A stretch of 64,000 nucleotides of DNA from Planctomycetota bacterium (GTDB lineage: Bacteria > Planctomycetota > PLA2 > JAEUHO01). Under the pieces are notes generated by a model. That model ran no database searches and was not told the origin of the DNA. It worked only from the letters and a program-made list of their open reading frames with translations. The stretch is from contig CBDCTJ010000003.1 of the NCBI GenBank assembly GCA_965222115.1, positions 480,001 to 544,000 on the forward strand, in the 5' to 3' direction. This document shows positions 49,296 through 61,400 of this stretch, piece by piece; the first letter of the stretch is position 1, and the number at the start of each line of letters is the position of its first letter. The position numbers and the translations under genes were made by a program.

Positions 49296-52200
49296 GTGGG
49301 CTTGATTGGCTCATTCGTTGCGAATCCGGTCAAAGTATCGGTGGGCGTCCTATTGCTGATTCTTTTTGGATCGCTTGCATTGGATCGCATGCCCATGCAG
49401 CTCACGCCCGAAGTGGCGCGCCCCACGATCACGGTGACCACCCGTTGGTCCGGTGCCAGCCCTCAAGAAGTTGAACAGGAGATCATTCAGGAACAAGAGG
49501 AGCAACTGAAGGGCGTCGAAGGCATCTACAAGATGACGGCGGAGTCGCAGGACTCGCAGGGAACAATCACTCTGGAGTTTGACGTAAACGCCGACATGCG
49601 CGAGGCATTGGTGAAGGTCAACGCGCGTCTCAACCAAGTGCCCGAATACCCCGAAGAGGCCGACCAGCCGGTTCTGTCTACCGCCAATTCATCGGACACC
49701 CCCATTGCTTGGTTCATTCTTCGTCCTCGCATTCCCTCCAACGAGGAAGTCGAAGTATTCCTCAAAGAACATCCCGATCTTCGAGAACCACTTTCGTCCT
49801 TCTTAAGCGTGACCAACACGGGGCTGCGACACAACCGTTTGACTGAGATCGCCGAGAAGCACCCGGCCATTAAGCCGCTGTTGCCGGTCGAAATCGACAT
49901 GCAGAAGCAGTTGCGCTTCGCAGAAGACACGATTGAAGCACGCTTTGAACGCGTGGAGGGCGTATCCAATTCCAACGTGTTGGGTGGACGCACGGATGAA
50001 ATGCGCGTTGTGGTCGATCCGTACCGCCTCTCGGTGCACGGGATCACCCTGGATGCCGTTCGGCAGGCCCTGCGCGGCGCGAACGCGGATACGTCGGCGG
50101 GTGACTTCTGGGAAGGCAAGCGACGGTACGTCGTGCGAACGCTCGGGCAATTTAAGAGCATTGCCGATGTGGAGTCGGTGCTCCTACGAAACAGCGAAGG
50201 CGGGCCCATCTACATTCGTGACGTCGCGCGCGTCGAACACAACTACAAGAAGCCCGATTCCATGGTCGCCTCTTTCGGGCTCACGGTTCTCGCGCTCAAC
50301 TGTATTCGTGAATCGGGTGCCAATGTTATCGAAGTGATGGAGGACCTTTACAAGGCGCGCGAGGAGCTCAATCGAGGCGTCCTGCGTGACCGTGGTCTGG
50401 TACTTGAACAGGTCTACGATGAAACGGAGTACATTCACTCCGCCGTGGGCCTAGTCCAACAGAACATTGTGCTGGGCGGCCTCCTAACAATCCTCGTATT
50501 GCTCGTGTTCTTGCGCAGTATGCGATCGACGCTGGTGATCGCTCTTGCCATTCCCACCAGCATCATTGGGACGTTTCTTATTCTGGGACTTCTTGGCCGT
50601 TCGCTCAACGTGATTAGCTTGGCCGGACTCGCCTTCGCGGTTGGCATGCTCGTTGACAACGCCGTTGTTGTTCTTGAGAACATCTACCGCCATCACCAAT
50701 TCGGCCTGAGTCGTCGCGAGGCGGCGGTGCGTGGCGCCAAGGAGGTGTGGGGCGCGGTGATCGCATCCACCCTCACAACGCTCGCCGTCTTTCTACCGAT
50801 TCTCTTTATTCGAGAGGAGGCCGGTCAACTCTTCAAGGATATCGCGCTTGCGATTAGTGCGTCGGTCGGGCTATCCCTGCTCATCTCGATAACACTGATT
50901 CCTACAGCATCGGCTCGAATGCTCGCCAAGCATCGCAGTGAGCATACAGGAACCGGCGAATCGTTCTGGCAACGACTATTGACGCCGCTCTACATTCCGG
51001 CACGAGCATTCGTGAATGCGCTCGTCGGATTTCATCGTTGGCTTTCAGGCGGCGTGGTCCGGCAACTTGCATTGGTGGCCGTACTCGTTGCAGGCGCGGT
51101 ACTTGGAACAATGGCACTCTTCCCCAAAGTTGAGTACTTGCCCACGGGCAACCGAAATCTCGCTATCGGCTTCCTATTGCCCCCACCGGGCTACAACCTC
51201 AATGAGCTCATCGACATGGGCGAACTCGTTGAGAAGCGGCTCAAGCCCTATTGGAACGTGGGCGCCGATGATCCCAAGCGTCACGAACTCGACTTTCCCG
51301 CGATTGAACACTTCTTCTTTGTGGCGCGCGGGCGATCGGTGTTCTTGGGCGTACGCGCCATGGATGAAACCCGCGCAAGCGAGCTTGTGCCCCTCATTGA
51401 GAATGCCGTGAGTGGCCTCCCGGGCGTCATTGCGTTCGCGCAACAGACGAGTCTCTTTGGTCGCGGTCTGGCTGCCGGACGCACCATCGATATTGAGATC
51501 TCAGGCCCCCACCTGCCACAACTCGTGAGACTCGGTGCCGAAGTATTCGTGAAATCTATGGGAGTCGTGCCCGGTGCACGAGCGCGCCCCTCACCAAGCC
51601 TCGACCTCAGCAATCCGGAAGTTCATGTGATTCCGAGGCGTGAACGAGCGGCCGAGTTGCGAGTGGACACACGATCGCTTGGTTACATGGTCAATAGTCT
51701 TGTTGATGGTGCGTATGCAGGCGACTATTACTTGAATGGCGAGAAGATTGATCTCACGCTCATTGGTGCCGAAGGACTTGTCGATCGCATGCAAGATCTT
51801 GAGGCTATGCCTATTGCCACGCCACAGGGAGGATTTGTACCGCTTGGCGCGATTGCCCGCGTTACGCCAGGTGGCGGTCCCGAACAGATCAATCGCCGTG
51901 AGCGCGAACGAACGATTACGATTCAGGTTACGCCGCCGGAAGCGACGGCGCTCGAAATCGCACTCAACGACATCGAGGAAAAGATCGTTGCCCCGCTCTT
52001 GGCGAAGCCCGATCGCAGCTATCAGATCAACCTGTCGGGTACGGCCGACAAGTTGACCGCCACGTGGAAAGCACTCAGCTTCAATATTGCGCTGGCCGTG
52101 CTGATTACCTATCTCCTACTCGCGGCGCTGTTCGAGTCGTGGCTCTACCCATTTATCATCATCCTGAGTGTGCCACTTGGTGCCGTCGGCGGCTTCCTTG

Positions 52201-52622
52201 GACTGTGGCTGCTCAATCACTGGGTGTTTCAATCGCTCGACGTGCTCACGATGATTGGGTTTGTCATCCTGATTGGCACTGTAGTGAATAACGCGATTCT
52301 GATTGTTCACCAGAGCCTGGTTCACGTGCGCGAAGAGGGTATGGGGCCCAATGAAGCAGTTGCGGAAAGCGTTCGCAATCGCGTGCGCCCCATCTTCATG
52401 ACGATGACCACCACCGTGTGTGGCCTACTTCCGTTGGTGCTCTTTCCCGGAGCGGGCAGCGAACTGTATCGAGGCCTCGGCAGTATTCTCATTGGTGGGC
52501 TCATCGTCTCAACAGTCTTTACGTTACTGCTGGTGCCAACGCTTATGCGGCTGGTGTTCTCGCTCAAGCTGGGCATCATGAGAGCGATATCCGGAAAACG
52601 ACCCGACACCGCTTCGAGCTAA
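49296..52622 (+). CDS. RND efflux permease (AcrB/AcrD/AcrF family)
   Basis: GMLVDNAVVVLEN, GTVVNNAIL, RVRPIFMT. Confidence 0.96.
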   Translation: MGLIGSFVANPVKVSVGVLLLILFGSLALDRMPMQLTPEVARPTITVTTRWSGASPQEVEQEIIQEQEEQLKGVEGIYKMTAESQDSQGTITLEFDVNADMREALVKVNARLNQVPEYPEEADQPVLSTANSSDTPIAWFILRPRIPSNEEVEVFLKEHPDLREPLSSFLSVTNTGLRHNRLTEIAEKHPAIKPLLPVEIDMQKQLRFAEDTIEARFERVEGVSNSNVLGGRTDEMRVVVDPYRLSVHGITLDAVRQALRGANADTSAGDFWEGKRRYVVRTLGQFKSIADVESVLLRNSEGGPIYIRDVARVEHNYKKPDSMVASFGLTVLALNCIRESGANVIEVMEDLYKAREELNRGVLRDRGLVLEQVYDETEYIHSAVGLVQQNIVLGGLLTILVLLVFLRSMRSTLVIALAIPTSIIGTFLILGLLGRSLNVISLAGLAFAVGMLVDNAVVVLENIYRHHQFGLSRREAAVRGAKEVWGAVIASTLTTLAVFLPILFIREEAGQLFKDIALAISASVGLSLLISITLIPTASARMLAKHRSEHTGTGESFWQRLLTPLYIPARAFVNALVGFHRWLSGGVVRQLALVAVLVAGAVLGTMALFPKVEYLPTGNRNLAIGFLLPPPGYNLNELIDMGELVEKRLKPYWNVGADDPKRHELDFPAIEHFFFVARGRSVFLGVRAMDETRASELVPLIENAVSGLPGVIAFAQQTSLFGRGLAAGRTIDIEISGPHLPQLVRLGAEVFVKSMGVVPGARARPSPSLDLSNPEVHVIPRRERAAELRVDTRSLGYMVNSLVDGAYAGDYYLNGEKIDLTLIGAEGLVDRMQDLEAMPIATPQGGFVPLGAIARVTPGGGPEQINRRERERTITIQVTPPEATALEIALNDIEEKIVAPLLAKPDRSYQINLSGTADKLTATWKALSFNIALAVLITYLLLAALFESWLYPFIIILSVPLGAVGGFLGLWLLNHWVFQSLDVLTMIGFVILIGTVVNNAILIVHQSLVHVREEGMGPNEAVAESVRNRVRPIFMTMTTTVCGLLPLVLFPGAGSELYRGLGSILIGGLIVSTVFTLLLVPTLMRLVFSLKLGIMRAISGKRPDTASS

Positions 52623-52643
52623 TCCGGACGAGGACGTTCAGAG

Positions 52644-53021
52644 CTATTCGTATGCCTCGTCCAACGCCCTCTCTTGTTCGTCGCTTAGTCGACAAATCAC
52701 CTCCGGGGCGGGCAGTGCGACCGAATCCACCAGCCATTCGAAGATCTGATCGACGATACCAAAATGACTCCGCGCGCGTTTCACACAGCGACGAATGGCC
52801 TCGGCATGCGCCAGCGTCACGCAGAGCGTGGCATCGTCAAACTCGACAATGCCTACGGCAAGAAACCGTTCTAAAGCTTGCCGAACCTCTCGTCTCATGG
52901 GCACCGCGTGATTCAACCCGTCAGCGGCTTTGATGACATGACTTAGCGTAAGAGGCGCCTGGTCACGAGATACATACACCGCTGCAAGAATCCATGCATC
53001 GCTGTGGTCCCATCGTGTCAC
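52644..53021 (-). CDS. Hypothetical protein
   Basis: DAWILAAV..VIKAADGLNHAVP; AGGAG upstream. Confidence 0.65.
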   Translation of the reverse strand: MTRWDHSDAWILAAVYVSRDQAPLTLSHVIKAADGLNHAVPMRREVRQALERFLAVGIVEFDDATLCVTLAHAEAIRRCVKRARSHFGIVDQIFEWLVDSVALPAPEVICRLSDEQERALDEAYE

Positions 53022-53109
53022 TTGTTCTGAAGCTCCTGTTTTAACTCTACTGGGTGCATCAGATGTATTAGACGTTGGGCTTCGGACTCAACCACAAACA
53101 GAGCCGATG

Positions 53110-54408
53110 CTACTTGTCTTCAAGCCCAAAGTGCTTGAGTACCTGAAATTTCATCGATTCATCTAGATTCGCCCGAGATAACGCCCAAGAGACCCAATCG
53201 ACATCAACCTTGGCCTTCGCGTACGTCATGAGGACACGAGCAAAGAGAGTTGCAGACGCACGATTGCCGTCGAGCCCGCGCTCAAGAAACGATTTCGCAG
53301 AGTCAAAATCGCGACGATTGCTATGTTGCAGATACTGCTGAATGATCCACTGCCCTACGTTGTTTTTCTGTTCCAGTGCAGAAAAGATCTGCTCATCAAT
53401 CGAGGCGATCGTTGCCCCACTCACGTTCGGCACGCGCCGCAAAATTTGAATGCCGTTCCAGTCCGATTTAACAATCATCGGACCCACAATGGGTGCAATG
53501 TCGATAGCAGCCCATGCCTCCTTAGGCACTTGGGGCAGCAACATCATCAATTCTTCGGGATTGAGATCACCCCGCTTCAGCTTCGCCAACGCGTCTTCAA
53601 CACTCAAGGGCGGCGACCACACGGCCACCAAACGCCGAATGTCACGTAAGTTGCGACTCAACGCTTTGGGAAGCTGATCTTCGGGATGCTTTAGGATGGC
53701 CTGGGCATACCCGCGCATACGATCCACGCGCGCGCGACTTGTAACGGCGGGCATCAACATGCCAATGCCTTCCGTAAAGATTTCAAAGGGATCGTCATCG
53801 AGCCCTTCAAAAAACTCCGGACGCTCGGCCGCCGTTTCAAAGAATGTCTCAGTTAGTGCAGCGACTTGCTGATCATGTTCGACGGCGTATTTGATGATGG
53901 GGTAGAGGTGCTTCACAGCGCGCGGCCCCTCTTGTTCAAATAGCGGCTGCATCTTTTCCTTGAATTCCTTCGTGCCCAGAGTGCCGAGCATTCGAAGTAA
54001 CGCCAAATGACCCTCCCGCCCCTTGCCGAGTTGTGTATGGAAGTAGCGCAGCATGTGGGACGCAAACTCGTCGGCTGATGAGATCTTTGAGATGTCGAAC
54101 TCGTCGAGGGGCTCAAGCTTGGCGAGCGCACTGGCCGTCGTTGCAGCGTTTGAAGCGTTGAGAGAATTCGACGCGGGGTCATTCGACTCGGACACGTCGG
54201 CATTCCCTTCGAGCGTCGGGGACCGACCGGCCAATTCCGTTCGCAGGCGTTCGTTCTCTGCACGCAACGTAGCATTCTGTGATTGGAACGACTCTTCGCT
54301 CTCGTCCACTCCAATGACGCCCGCGCTAGGCGCGGTGACGTGATGCCCAACAAACCAACCGGTGATGCCTGTCACGGCTAGAGCAAGTATCCAAAATCCG
54401 ATTTTCAT
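53110..54408 (-). CDS. Membrane-anchored helical hypothetical protein
   Basis: GGAGG RBS; N-terminal TM plus coiled coil. Confidence 0.75.
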   Translation of the reverse strand: MKIGFWILALAVTGITGWFVGHHVTAPSAGVIGVDESEESFQSQNATLRAENERLRTELAGRSPTLEGNADVSESNDPASNSLNASNAATTASALAKLEPLDEFDISKISSADEFASHMLRYFHTQLGKGREGHLALLRMLGTLGTKEFKEKMQPLFEQEGPRAVKHLYPIIKYAVEHDQQVAALTETFFETAAERPEFFEGLDDDPFEIFTEGIGMLMPAVTSRARVDRMRGYAQAILKHPEDQLPKALSRNLRDIRRLVAVWSPPLSVEDALAKLKRGDLNPEELMMLLPQVPKEAWAAIDIAPIVGPMIVKSDWNGIQILRRVPNVSGATIASIDEQIFSALEQKNNVGQWIIQQYLQHSNRRDFDSAKSFLERGLDGNRASATLFARVLMTYAKAKVDVDWVSWALSRANLDESMKFQVLKHFGLEDK

Positions 54409-54477
54409 GCTGCGCCTCCACGAGGGATGGTAGCGCCGAAGAGAACCGCGGTGGCCAAAACGAGAGGTCGCTGGAAC

Positions 54478-55980
54478 TTACAGGCCTCCCGACGGAGAGT
54501 ACCGCGCAATGAACGAATCAAAGTGCGCCACACTTGCCCGCATCGTTTCATTCGGGTGGCCCGGGTTGAAGGTCGCCAGATCCGTGAACTCGCCGCATAC
54601 GACGCATGTTCCATTCGGCCCCGCCGCGATGCCGTGGATGTAGTTGTTATCCGTGGATTCGATGCCTCGTACCCAATGGAGTGCGCCACTTCCACTGTAG
54701 GTCGCCACAAATCCATCGCGCCCTCCCGCCCCGACAAGCGTAGTTTCGGAAGGTTCCATGAATCCGAAAACAGCAATACCCTCATGCTCTCCGGACACCG
54801 CGATGCGGCCGTCAGGCAGCGTTGCCACACTCCGGACGGAGTCATGGCCGGCCCCACCGTCCGATCGGACCCAATCCAGTTCACCGTTTGCGTGGTAGCG
54901 CGCGAGGTATGCTTGATTGGTGCTGGTTGACGTCGTGAGCGTTGTCTCCCCCGCCTCGCCGGGACCGAACACGCTCATATCTCGAAAGAAGCCGCCAACG
55001 ATAAAGCTGTCATCATCAAACACGGCCAAACTGAATGCCTCGGTGAAACTCGATCCGCCGGCACGCCTTGCCCAGAGGAATTGTCCATCGGCACGGTAGC
55101 GCGCGACAAATGTATCGAGGGTGCCGGAGGCCGAGAGCGTTGTCTCGTTGGCCTCGCCGGGACCGAACGTCACGTTCAGCGAGTAGTAGCCGCATACCAG
55201 CGCATCGCCGTTCGCCAGCGTTGCGACATCGACCGCGGTGGCCGAGCCTGTCGAGTTGATCGCTTTCGCCCAGGCCAATGATCCGAAGGAATCGTACCTT
55301 GCTATGTATGCATCCTTGAAGGAACTGGCTCCGTTTAGAATCGTAAGGTTGGGTTCGCCGGAGCCAAACACGGATATCAGCTTGAAGGTTCCCGCGACGT
55401 AGGACGAACCGTCCGAGTCTCCGCTCACAGAATAGCCCGAGTCGCTTTCGTTTCGTCCGGCACGCTTGGCCCAAATCAGGCCGCCGGAAGCGGCGTACTT
55501 AGCGACGAAGATGTCGCCCATGCCATCAACATCGGTCAACGTCGTTTCATTGAAGTCGCCCGGGGCAAAAGTCGCGTCGCCTTCAAAGCGACCCGTTACG
55601 ACACAACTGCCATCAGCAAAGGCGTCAACACCATGAGGATTGACAATCGAGGAACTCTGAATTACGGCGACCCAATCCGTAAGGCCGTTGGAATCGATAT
55701 GCGCAACAAATCCGTTCACATTGCTGGTTGCGATAAACGTTCGCTGATTCCCCGCGGACATGTTGAACGTGATGCTGTCACTAAACTGGCCCGCGACAAC
55801 GCTCGAACCGTCGAGAAACGTTGCTATATCCCGCGAACCTTGCCGCCCGAGACCGGTATGGGTCTGAAGAAAGGATGACGTTGTGTTTTCGCCTTCACCT
55901 CCGCCGCCACCACCGCCACCGCTACAACCGATCAGCGATATCGTGACCATTAGGGCGAGTAGCGTGGTTGGCTGGCGCAT
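54478..55980 (-). CDS. Beta-propeller repeat lipoprotein (SBBP-like)
   Basis: Lipobox LIGC; ~7 repeats G.F.....FG.GE.NETTL...D.FVA.Y...G.L.WA. Confidence 0.85.
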   Translation of the reverse strand: MRQPTTLLALMVTISLIGCSGGGGGGGGEGENTTSSFLQTHTGLGRQGSRDIATFLDGSSVVAGQFSDSITFNMSAGNQRTFIATSNVNGFVAHIDSNGLTDWVAVIQSSSIVNPHGVDAFADGSCVVTGRFEGDATFAPGDFNETTLTDVDGMGDIFVAKYAASGGLIWAKRAGRNESDSGYSVSGDSDGSSYVAGTFKLISVFGSGEPNLTILNGASSFKDAYIARYDSFGSLAWAKAINSTGSATAVDVATLANGDALVCGYYSLNVTFGPGEANETTLSASGTLDTFVARYRADGQFLWARRAGGSSFTEAFSLAVFDDDSFIVGGFFRDMSVFGPGEAGETTLTTSTSTNQAYLARYHANGELDWVRSDGGAGHDSVRSVATLPDGRIAVSGEHEGIAVFGFMEPSETTLVGAGGRDGFVATYSGSGALHWVRGIESTDNNYIHGIAAGPNGTCVVCGEFTDLATFNPGHPNETMRASVAHFDSFIARYSPSGGL

Positions 55981-56257
55981 GACAATGACTCCTAGGTGAC
56001 TTGAGTGCTACAAGGGGTCGTGCCACGGGGCCGAGAGTTGCTAGTTCGTCTTCAGAGGCCTAAAAATGGACACATAGCTCACCTGCGAGCACCGACCGCT
56101 CGTGGTCACAGCGCGAGGATCAGCACGAATTTCGACCAACTCACCCGTCGTTACATGGTCTTTGCACGGTAGCGAGAGCACCTGCCGCTTCCATAGATCG
56201 TGCTCGCCGCATGGCGTTCCGGAAGTTGTGCTAGCAGCCACAACGAGGAGAGTCCGT

Positions 56258-56986
56258 ATGCGTTTCCTGTATCACACGGTTCGGCTGTCTCGATTCGCGG
56301 CAGCCCTGCTCTGCGTGTCATTGGTCGCGCTTGCTTCTTGTGGGAATGGTGGTGGTGGCGGCGACGATGTGGACGTAGGTGGTCAACAGCCGACCCCCAC
56401 CAACGAAGTCACCTACGCAGGCATGGGTGCGTCCGACGCGCGCGGCGCTGGAGCAATTCCTGGCACCAAGGGATACGTCTATTTGATTCGCGATCGGTTG
56501 CGGGATCGTGGTCTTGACACCACGCTCGTAAACACGGGCATCAACGGTGCCGAAATCGATGAACTGCTCGACCCCCAACTTCCGCAAGTACTCGACGCAG
56601 CGCCGCACATCGTAACGATTTGGACAGGTGCCAATGATATGATCGGCGGCGCAGACCCTGACGAGTTTGCCGATGGGCTCGACGAGTTGCTTTCGTCACT
56701 TCGTGCGAACACATCAGCCCGAATCTACGTAGGCGACCTCGTTGACTTTACGGTGGCCCCCATTTTCAATCTCTTTCCGCGCCCAACCGTAACGCTTGAA
56801 CGCCTAGCCGCATTCAATGCACGCATTCAGCAAGTCGTCGCCGACAATGGCTGCACACTTGTGCCCCTATCCGAAGGCACGCTCACGCGGGACATGTTCT
56901 TCATCGACGGCTTCCATCCCAATAACCTGGGGTACGAGATGCTGGCCGACGCATTTTGGGAGAAGATTGAAGCGGATCTGGAGTAG
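56258..56986 (+). CDS. SGNH/GDSL hydrolase lipoprotein
   Basis: Block I GASD, block II GING, block III GAND, block V DGFHP; lipobox LASC. Confidence 0.9.
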   Translation: MRFLYHTVRLSRFAAALLCVSLVALASCGNGGGGGDDVDVGGQQPTPTNEVTYAGMGASDARGAGAIPGTKGYVYLIRDRLRDRGLDTTLVNTGINGAEIDELLDPQLPQVLDAAPHIVTIWTGANDMIGGADPDEFADGLDELLSSLRANTSARIYVGDLVDFTVAPIFNLFPRPTVTLERLAAFNARIQQVVADNGCTLVPLSEGTLTRDMFFIDGFHPNNLGYEMLADAFWEKIEADLE

Positions 56987-56997
56987 CTGTTGGCCGC

Positions 56998-57603
56998 CTA
57001 CGATGGGCGGCGAACGGCCCGCTTGAGGTCAATGACGGCCTGCTCCAGCTGCTTGACCAGATCCTCAATCGCAGTAACGCGCTCAGCAATGTTCTCAGCG
57101 ACGGCATCATCGTGTGGCGCGTCATCCGTACGCTCACTTGACGGCGCTCTATCCGGTCCCATCAACTCAAGCACACACCATCGCACGCGATTGCTCTCAA
57201 TGCCTACTTCACTCAGGGCGCGCAGTGCCCGGGATCTTGTAAGGCTCAGCATGGCGATCAATAGATGCTCGGTACCTATGCGCGTGTGGCCAAGCCCGCG
57301 TGCTTCTTCGCGGGCGCGTTCAAGCGTCTGGTCGAAATCGATCGTACGCAGACGCAGATTGATAGGATCGTTCACAACGGTTGTGGGCGGACGGCACCGC
57401 CCCATGGCAAGGTCGAGAGCGTTCTCGTTGATTTCTAGTACACGCATCACGGCCATCGCCGTGCAGCGTCGCGACTTGCGAATGGCCTTTAGCAAGTGAA
57501 ACGACCCCACGTAGGTGCACGATTCCTGGGCCGCGATTGACTCGGCGCGCTTGATACAGTCCTCGGCGCGCCTTGTATAAGACAAACGGGTCTGCGTCGT
57601 CAT
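56998..57603 (-). CDS. Clp protease N-terminal (Clp_N) domain protein
   Basis: YVGSFHLL, AREEARGLGHTRIGTEHLLIAML; C-terminal coiled coil; no AAA+ module. Confidence 0.85.
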   Translation of the reverse strand: MTTQTRLSYTRRAEDCIKRAESIAAQESCTYVGSFHLLKAIRKSRRCTAMAVMRVLEINENALDLAMGRCRPPTTVVNDPINLRLRTIDFDQTLERAREEARGLGHTRIGTEHLLIAMLSLTRSRALRALSEVGIESNRVRWCVLELMGPDRAPSSERTDDAPHDDAVAENIAERVTAIEDLVKQLEQAVIDLKRAVRRPS

Positions 57604-57608
57604 GATGG

Positions 57609-58208
57609 CTATGCCTCCACCCGAAGCTCAGAGAGAGCGACTTGAAGCTGAGATACGCGATGAGAGAGCTGCCCAAGTTTGCTCACGGCAAGGGCATACG
57701 GGTCCACGTTGTCCGCGCGTTCGTCGTTCGGGGCACAATGCTGATCGGGAGGGAGCAGGTTACAAACGACGTTTCGGCATTCCAAAAACTTGAGACGAAA
57801 CTCATCGAAAAACGATCCACTTGAATGCCGAATGAGCCCCAGCACGAGATGCTCGGGCGAAATCCTAATACGTAGCAGCGCGTCAGCTTCCGTCTCTGCG
57901 CATCGAATGGCGGACCACGCGTCGTTCGCAATCGGAACAAACGGTGGCACGCGCTTTGAACGCATGCCCATGCTAATATCGCGAACCTCCGCGTCCTTCC
58001 TCTTGGCACGCTCATAGGTCGCGTCCAAGTCCAGTTCTTCGACGCCACAAGCTTCGAGCATTGCCTCAATACGCCGACGCAATCGTTCCACGTGCATAAC
58101 GGACTGAATCATGGCATCACCGGTTAGACGAGGCTGAGCATCTCGCTCCACACGTCTCCACGCATCCATGATCCAAGCTCGCGCATCCTCATCCATTCGT
58201 TCAAACAT
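57609..58208 (-). CDS. Clp_N domain protein
   Basis: MFERMDEDAR (ClpC-like start), AETEA..ISPEHLVLGLI; no AAA+ module. Confidence 0.8.
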   Translation of the reverse strand: MFERMDEDARAWIMDAWRRVERDAQPRLTGDAMIQSVMHVERLRRRIEAMLEACGVEELDLDATYERAKRKDAEVRDISMGMRSKRVPPFVPIANDAWSAIRCAETEADALLRIRISPEHLVLGLIRHSSGSFFDEFRLKFLECRNVVCNLLPPDQHCAPNDERADNVDPYALAVSKLGQLSHRVSQLQVALSELRVEA

Positions 58209-58420
58209 ACTCTGCTCCGACGAATATGGGCCTCTGACTCGACATCGCGAGCGCGCACTTCCCCCAATAGTAACAGACGCAAATCTAGGCGCGGGACGCA
58301 GTTGTTTCTAGCCCTGTGCGGGACGTATGATGCGAATGTCCACCGTGGGGCCGAGATTGTCATGGCACCGAAGTCGAGCGCAGTCGAAACGGGGCTCGTG
58401 GGAATCTACCTATAGACACA

Positions 58421-61400
58421 ATGCCAAATCCCAACCAACCCCAGCCTGCACACGCCATACTTCAGGAGCACGCTGCGGGCATTCGAGCGTTGGCGCTGCG
58501 GCTTTTGAGGGATCCTGGACTTGCCGATGACGTTGTCCAGGACACGTGGTTGGCAGCCACTGAATCGCCGCCGAACAACAGAGATAATCTGCGAGGATGG
58601 CTTTACGCCGTTTCGAAGAATCTCGCGAGCAAGCGAATGCGAAGTGAATCACGTCGAACAGCGCGTGAACGATATGTTGCCAAAGGCGAACGAATTCCAT
58701 CCACGCTAGAACTCGCCGAACGCATGGAGACCAAGCGACGATTGCTCGACGCGCTGGATGGTCTGCGTGAACCCTACCGCTCGACACTCATTGTGCGTTA
58801 CTTCGATGATCGCAAGCCACGCGAGATTGCCGCTGCCCAGAACGTTTCGGTTGCAACTGTAAAGTCACGCCTCTACCGCGGACTACTAGAGCTTCGCGAC
58901 GCGCTGGATGATTCTCACGACGGCGATCGACGCGCGTGGGCGTTACCGCTCGTGTCCATGGCTGCGACGCGTTCCGTCGGCAGTACGGGAATCACTGCCT
59001 TGCTGGGAGGAATCTTGACGAAGAAGACCACCGCGACCGTCGTCGTGCTGACTTTATTGACAGGCGGTGCTTGGGTTCTACTGCAAGACGTCACCAAGCA
59101 CTCGAGCAAAACCCTAGCGGCAGAGGACCCCCTTCATGCGCCGCCATTGCCCATTCATACGGACGAGGGGCTGGAAGTAGAGGCACCGAAGACTGAAACG
59201 CCGGTGCTTAAGCCACAGCCAAGGAAATCACTTTCGCCGCGTGGGCCAGCAACGGCGAACGTCCCCGAGCGCCGCGCGGGTGAACTGGTAGCGATCGGTC
59301 GAGTCGTAGACGAACGGCGTAAGCCACTCGAGGGCGCCATCGTCACATTCCACACGGTCAGTGGACTCGGTGAAAAGAAATCCTACACCGACGCTGCCAC
59401 GACAGCACGCGACGGCACGTTCGCCGTTGGTGGCATAGGACCTCACTCAGGAAACACTCGACTGCTCGCGACAATTCGACACGGACAACGTCGCGCGTTC
59501 GGCGGCGCCCTTGTTCGCGAAGCGTCCAGTACGCAAGTTGACTTGGGGACCATCGTTCTGCTTCCCATGCGAGCGCTACATGTACATGTGGTAGATCCCA
59601 TGGGCGCGCCGGTCGAAGGCGCGGCGATCTATGTGGAATCGATCGCGCGTTGGATGGGAGGTCTGACCCTTGCTCGTGCAGTAACCGCTTCGGGTACCAG
59701 CAATGACGAGGGCGCATGGAGCACTGGCAATCTTGCAGTAGGCGGGTACCGAATTGTTGCGAGCAAGCCGGGTTACGGCCGTGGCACGCAAGCGTGGCGA
59801 AGCGGTGAACCGGGCGAGGTTCGGGTGACGCTTGGCAAAGAACGCACACTCACGGTACGCGTGCATGATCAGCGAACAGACCAGCCCATTGTGGGCGCCT
59901 CGGTTCGCGTCGGTGAGACCTACGAGTGGATGAACACCTTTTCGGTCAGTCCCTATGTCCCGCCAATGGGCAGTTTGGTTACGAATGAGAAGGGCGAGGT
60001 CGTGTTATCAGGGCTCCATGCAGATGATTCACTGTATGTGAGCGCGACTGCGAACGGTTACCCCCGCATACCTCTCCCTCGGCATCCAGTTGCGGTTCCG
60101 CGGGACGCGGCAGAAACAACGATACGTCTCTACACGCCCCGAACCGTGCGCTGGAAGATTTCGACAACTAAGGGTGTACCGCCACCACCGGACGGAACGA
60201 TGCTCCGTCTTACGCGAACGCAAGGACGCCGAGAGTTGGCGATGCCAACGAGCGCAAGAATCGAGGGTGGCATGATTGTCGTCGAGGGGTGCATAGCGAT
60301 GCCGCTTGGATTCACCGTCGTAGCGCCGAATGGCTCCTACGCCGAGTTGTTTGTCATGGGGACAAGACATGAAGGCGGAGTAGTTCACTTTCGTCGACCG
60401 AACACGGTCAGACTCAAAGCCAAGACGCCCGACGGGAAACCTGCCGTCGGCATCTACCTATCCATGCGTACAGGTGGCAACATGGTCTATGCTCCTCCGG
60501 CCAAGACAGACGAGAACGGCCACGTCGTATTCGATGGACTTCCCCATTGGCATCAGGTGCATGTCTTTGCTGGACTCATTGACAACTCGTATGCGAGCCA
60601 CAGCGTAGGTACGATTGATCTCTCCGATGGCGAGACGGAACGAGAGATATTTGTCCCTCCCTTGGTCAACATTCACGTGCGTCCAAGCGTCGACGGCGCG
60701 CCTCGCATTCCGAATGATTACTTCGTCTTCGTAGATGACAAACCCACTGAAGTACACATAGAAGACGCGAAGAACCACTCAATCATGGTTCGCGCCTTTG
60801 TCCCTAAGCAAACTCGCGGATCGCTTTCTATGCGAGTCAAAGAACTCGCATGCGATCCCGTTTCGTTTGAACTCCCAGAGGACGACTCGCCGCTCGCGTT
60901 ATCCGTTCAGCTCTCGAGCACAAACTCGGTCACGGTGCGCGTGTTGCCGCCCAAAGACGGGAAGATGAGAATCCGCGCTCGCATGCCAAGGGCAGATCAA
61001 TCGCCTCCATTCAACTGGCAGAGGCCGCGCGCGTTTCGAGCAGAGCCAGATGGACGCGATGGTCCTTATGTTCTCTATCGTTACTCGGGCATACCCAGTG
61101 GCGCTTTTCAGGTAGGGGATGAGCTCTCCGGTGCTGCCACAAAGGTCATCGACATCAAATCGGGCATGAACTCGAACGTCATTACTCTCGATCTCAGTCA
61201 CGTCGGCGAAGTACGCGGTAGCATAACGGCACCGCCGGGTCGTCACGTGGGCTTGGCATCGATTGAGGCGAGTGGAGAGAACCTGCTGTGGGAGGGACAC
61301 AGACCATCGGGGCACAGCTTTGTCTATGAGAACAGCCGACTAGTCGCTCAAGACGGGACATTTTCAATACGAATACCCGGCGACCGCAAAGTACGCCTCT

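Noticed and set aside
48049-52622. RND pump lacking an adjacent outer-membrane factor
   Set aside because: Common arrangement; TolC-like genes are often unlinked.
57600-57612. Two Clp_N ORFs as one frameshifted gene
   Set aside because: The first ends in TAG and the second has its own GGAGG RBS and ATG; both look like complete paralogues.
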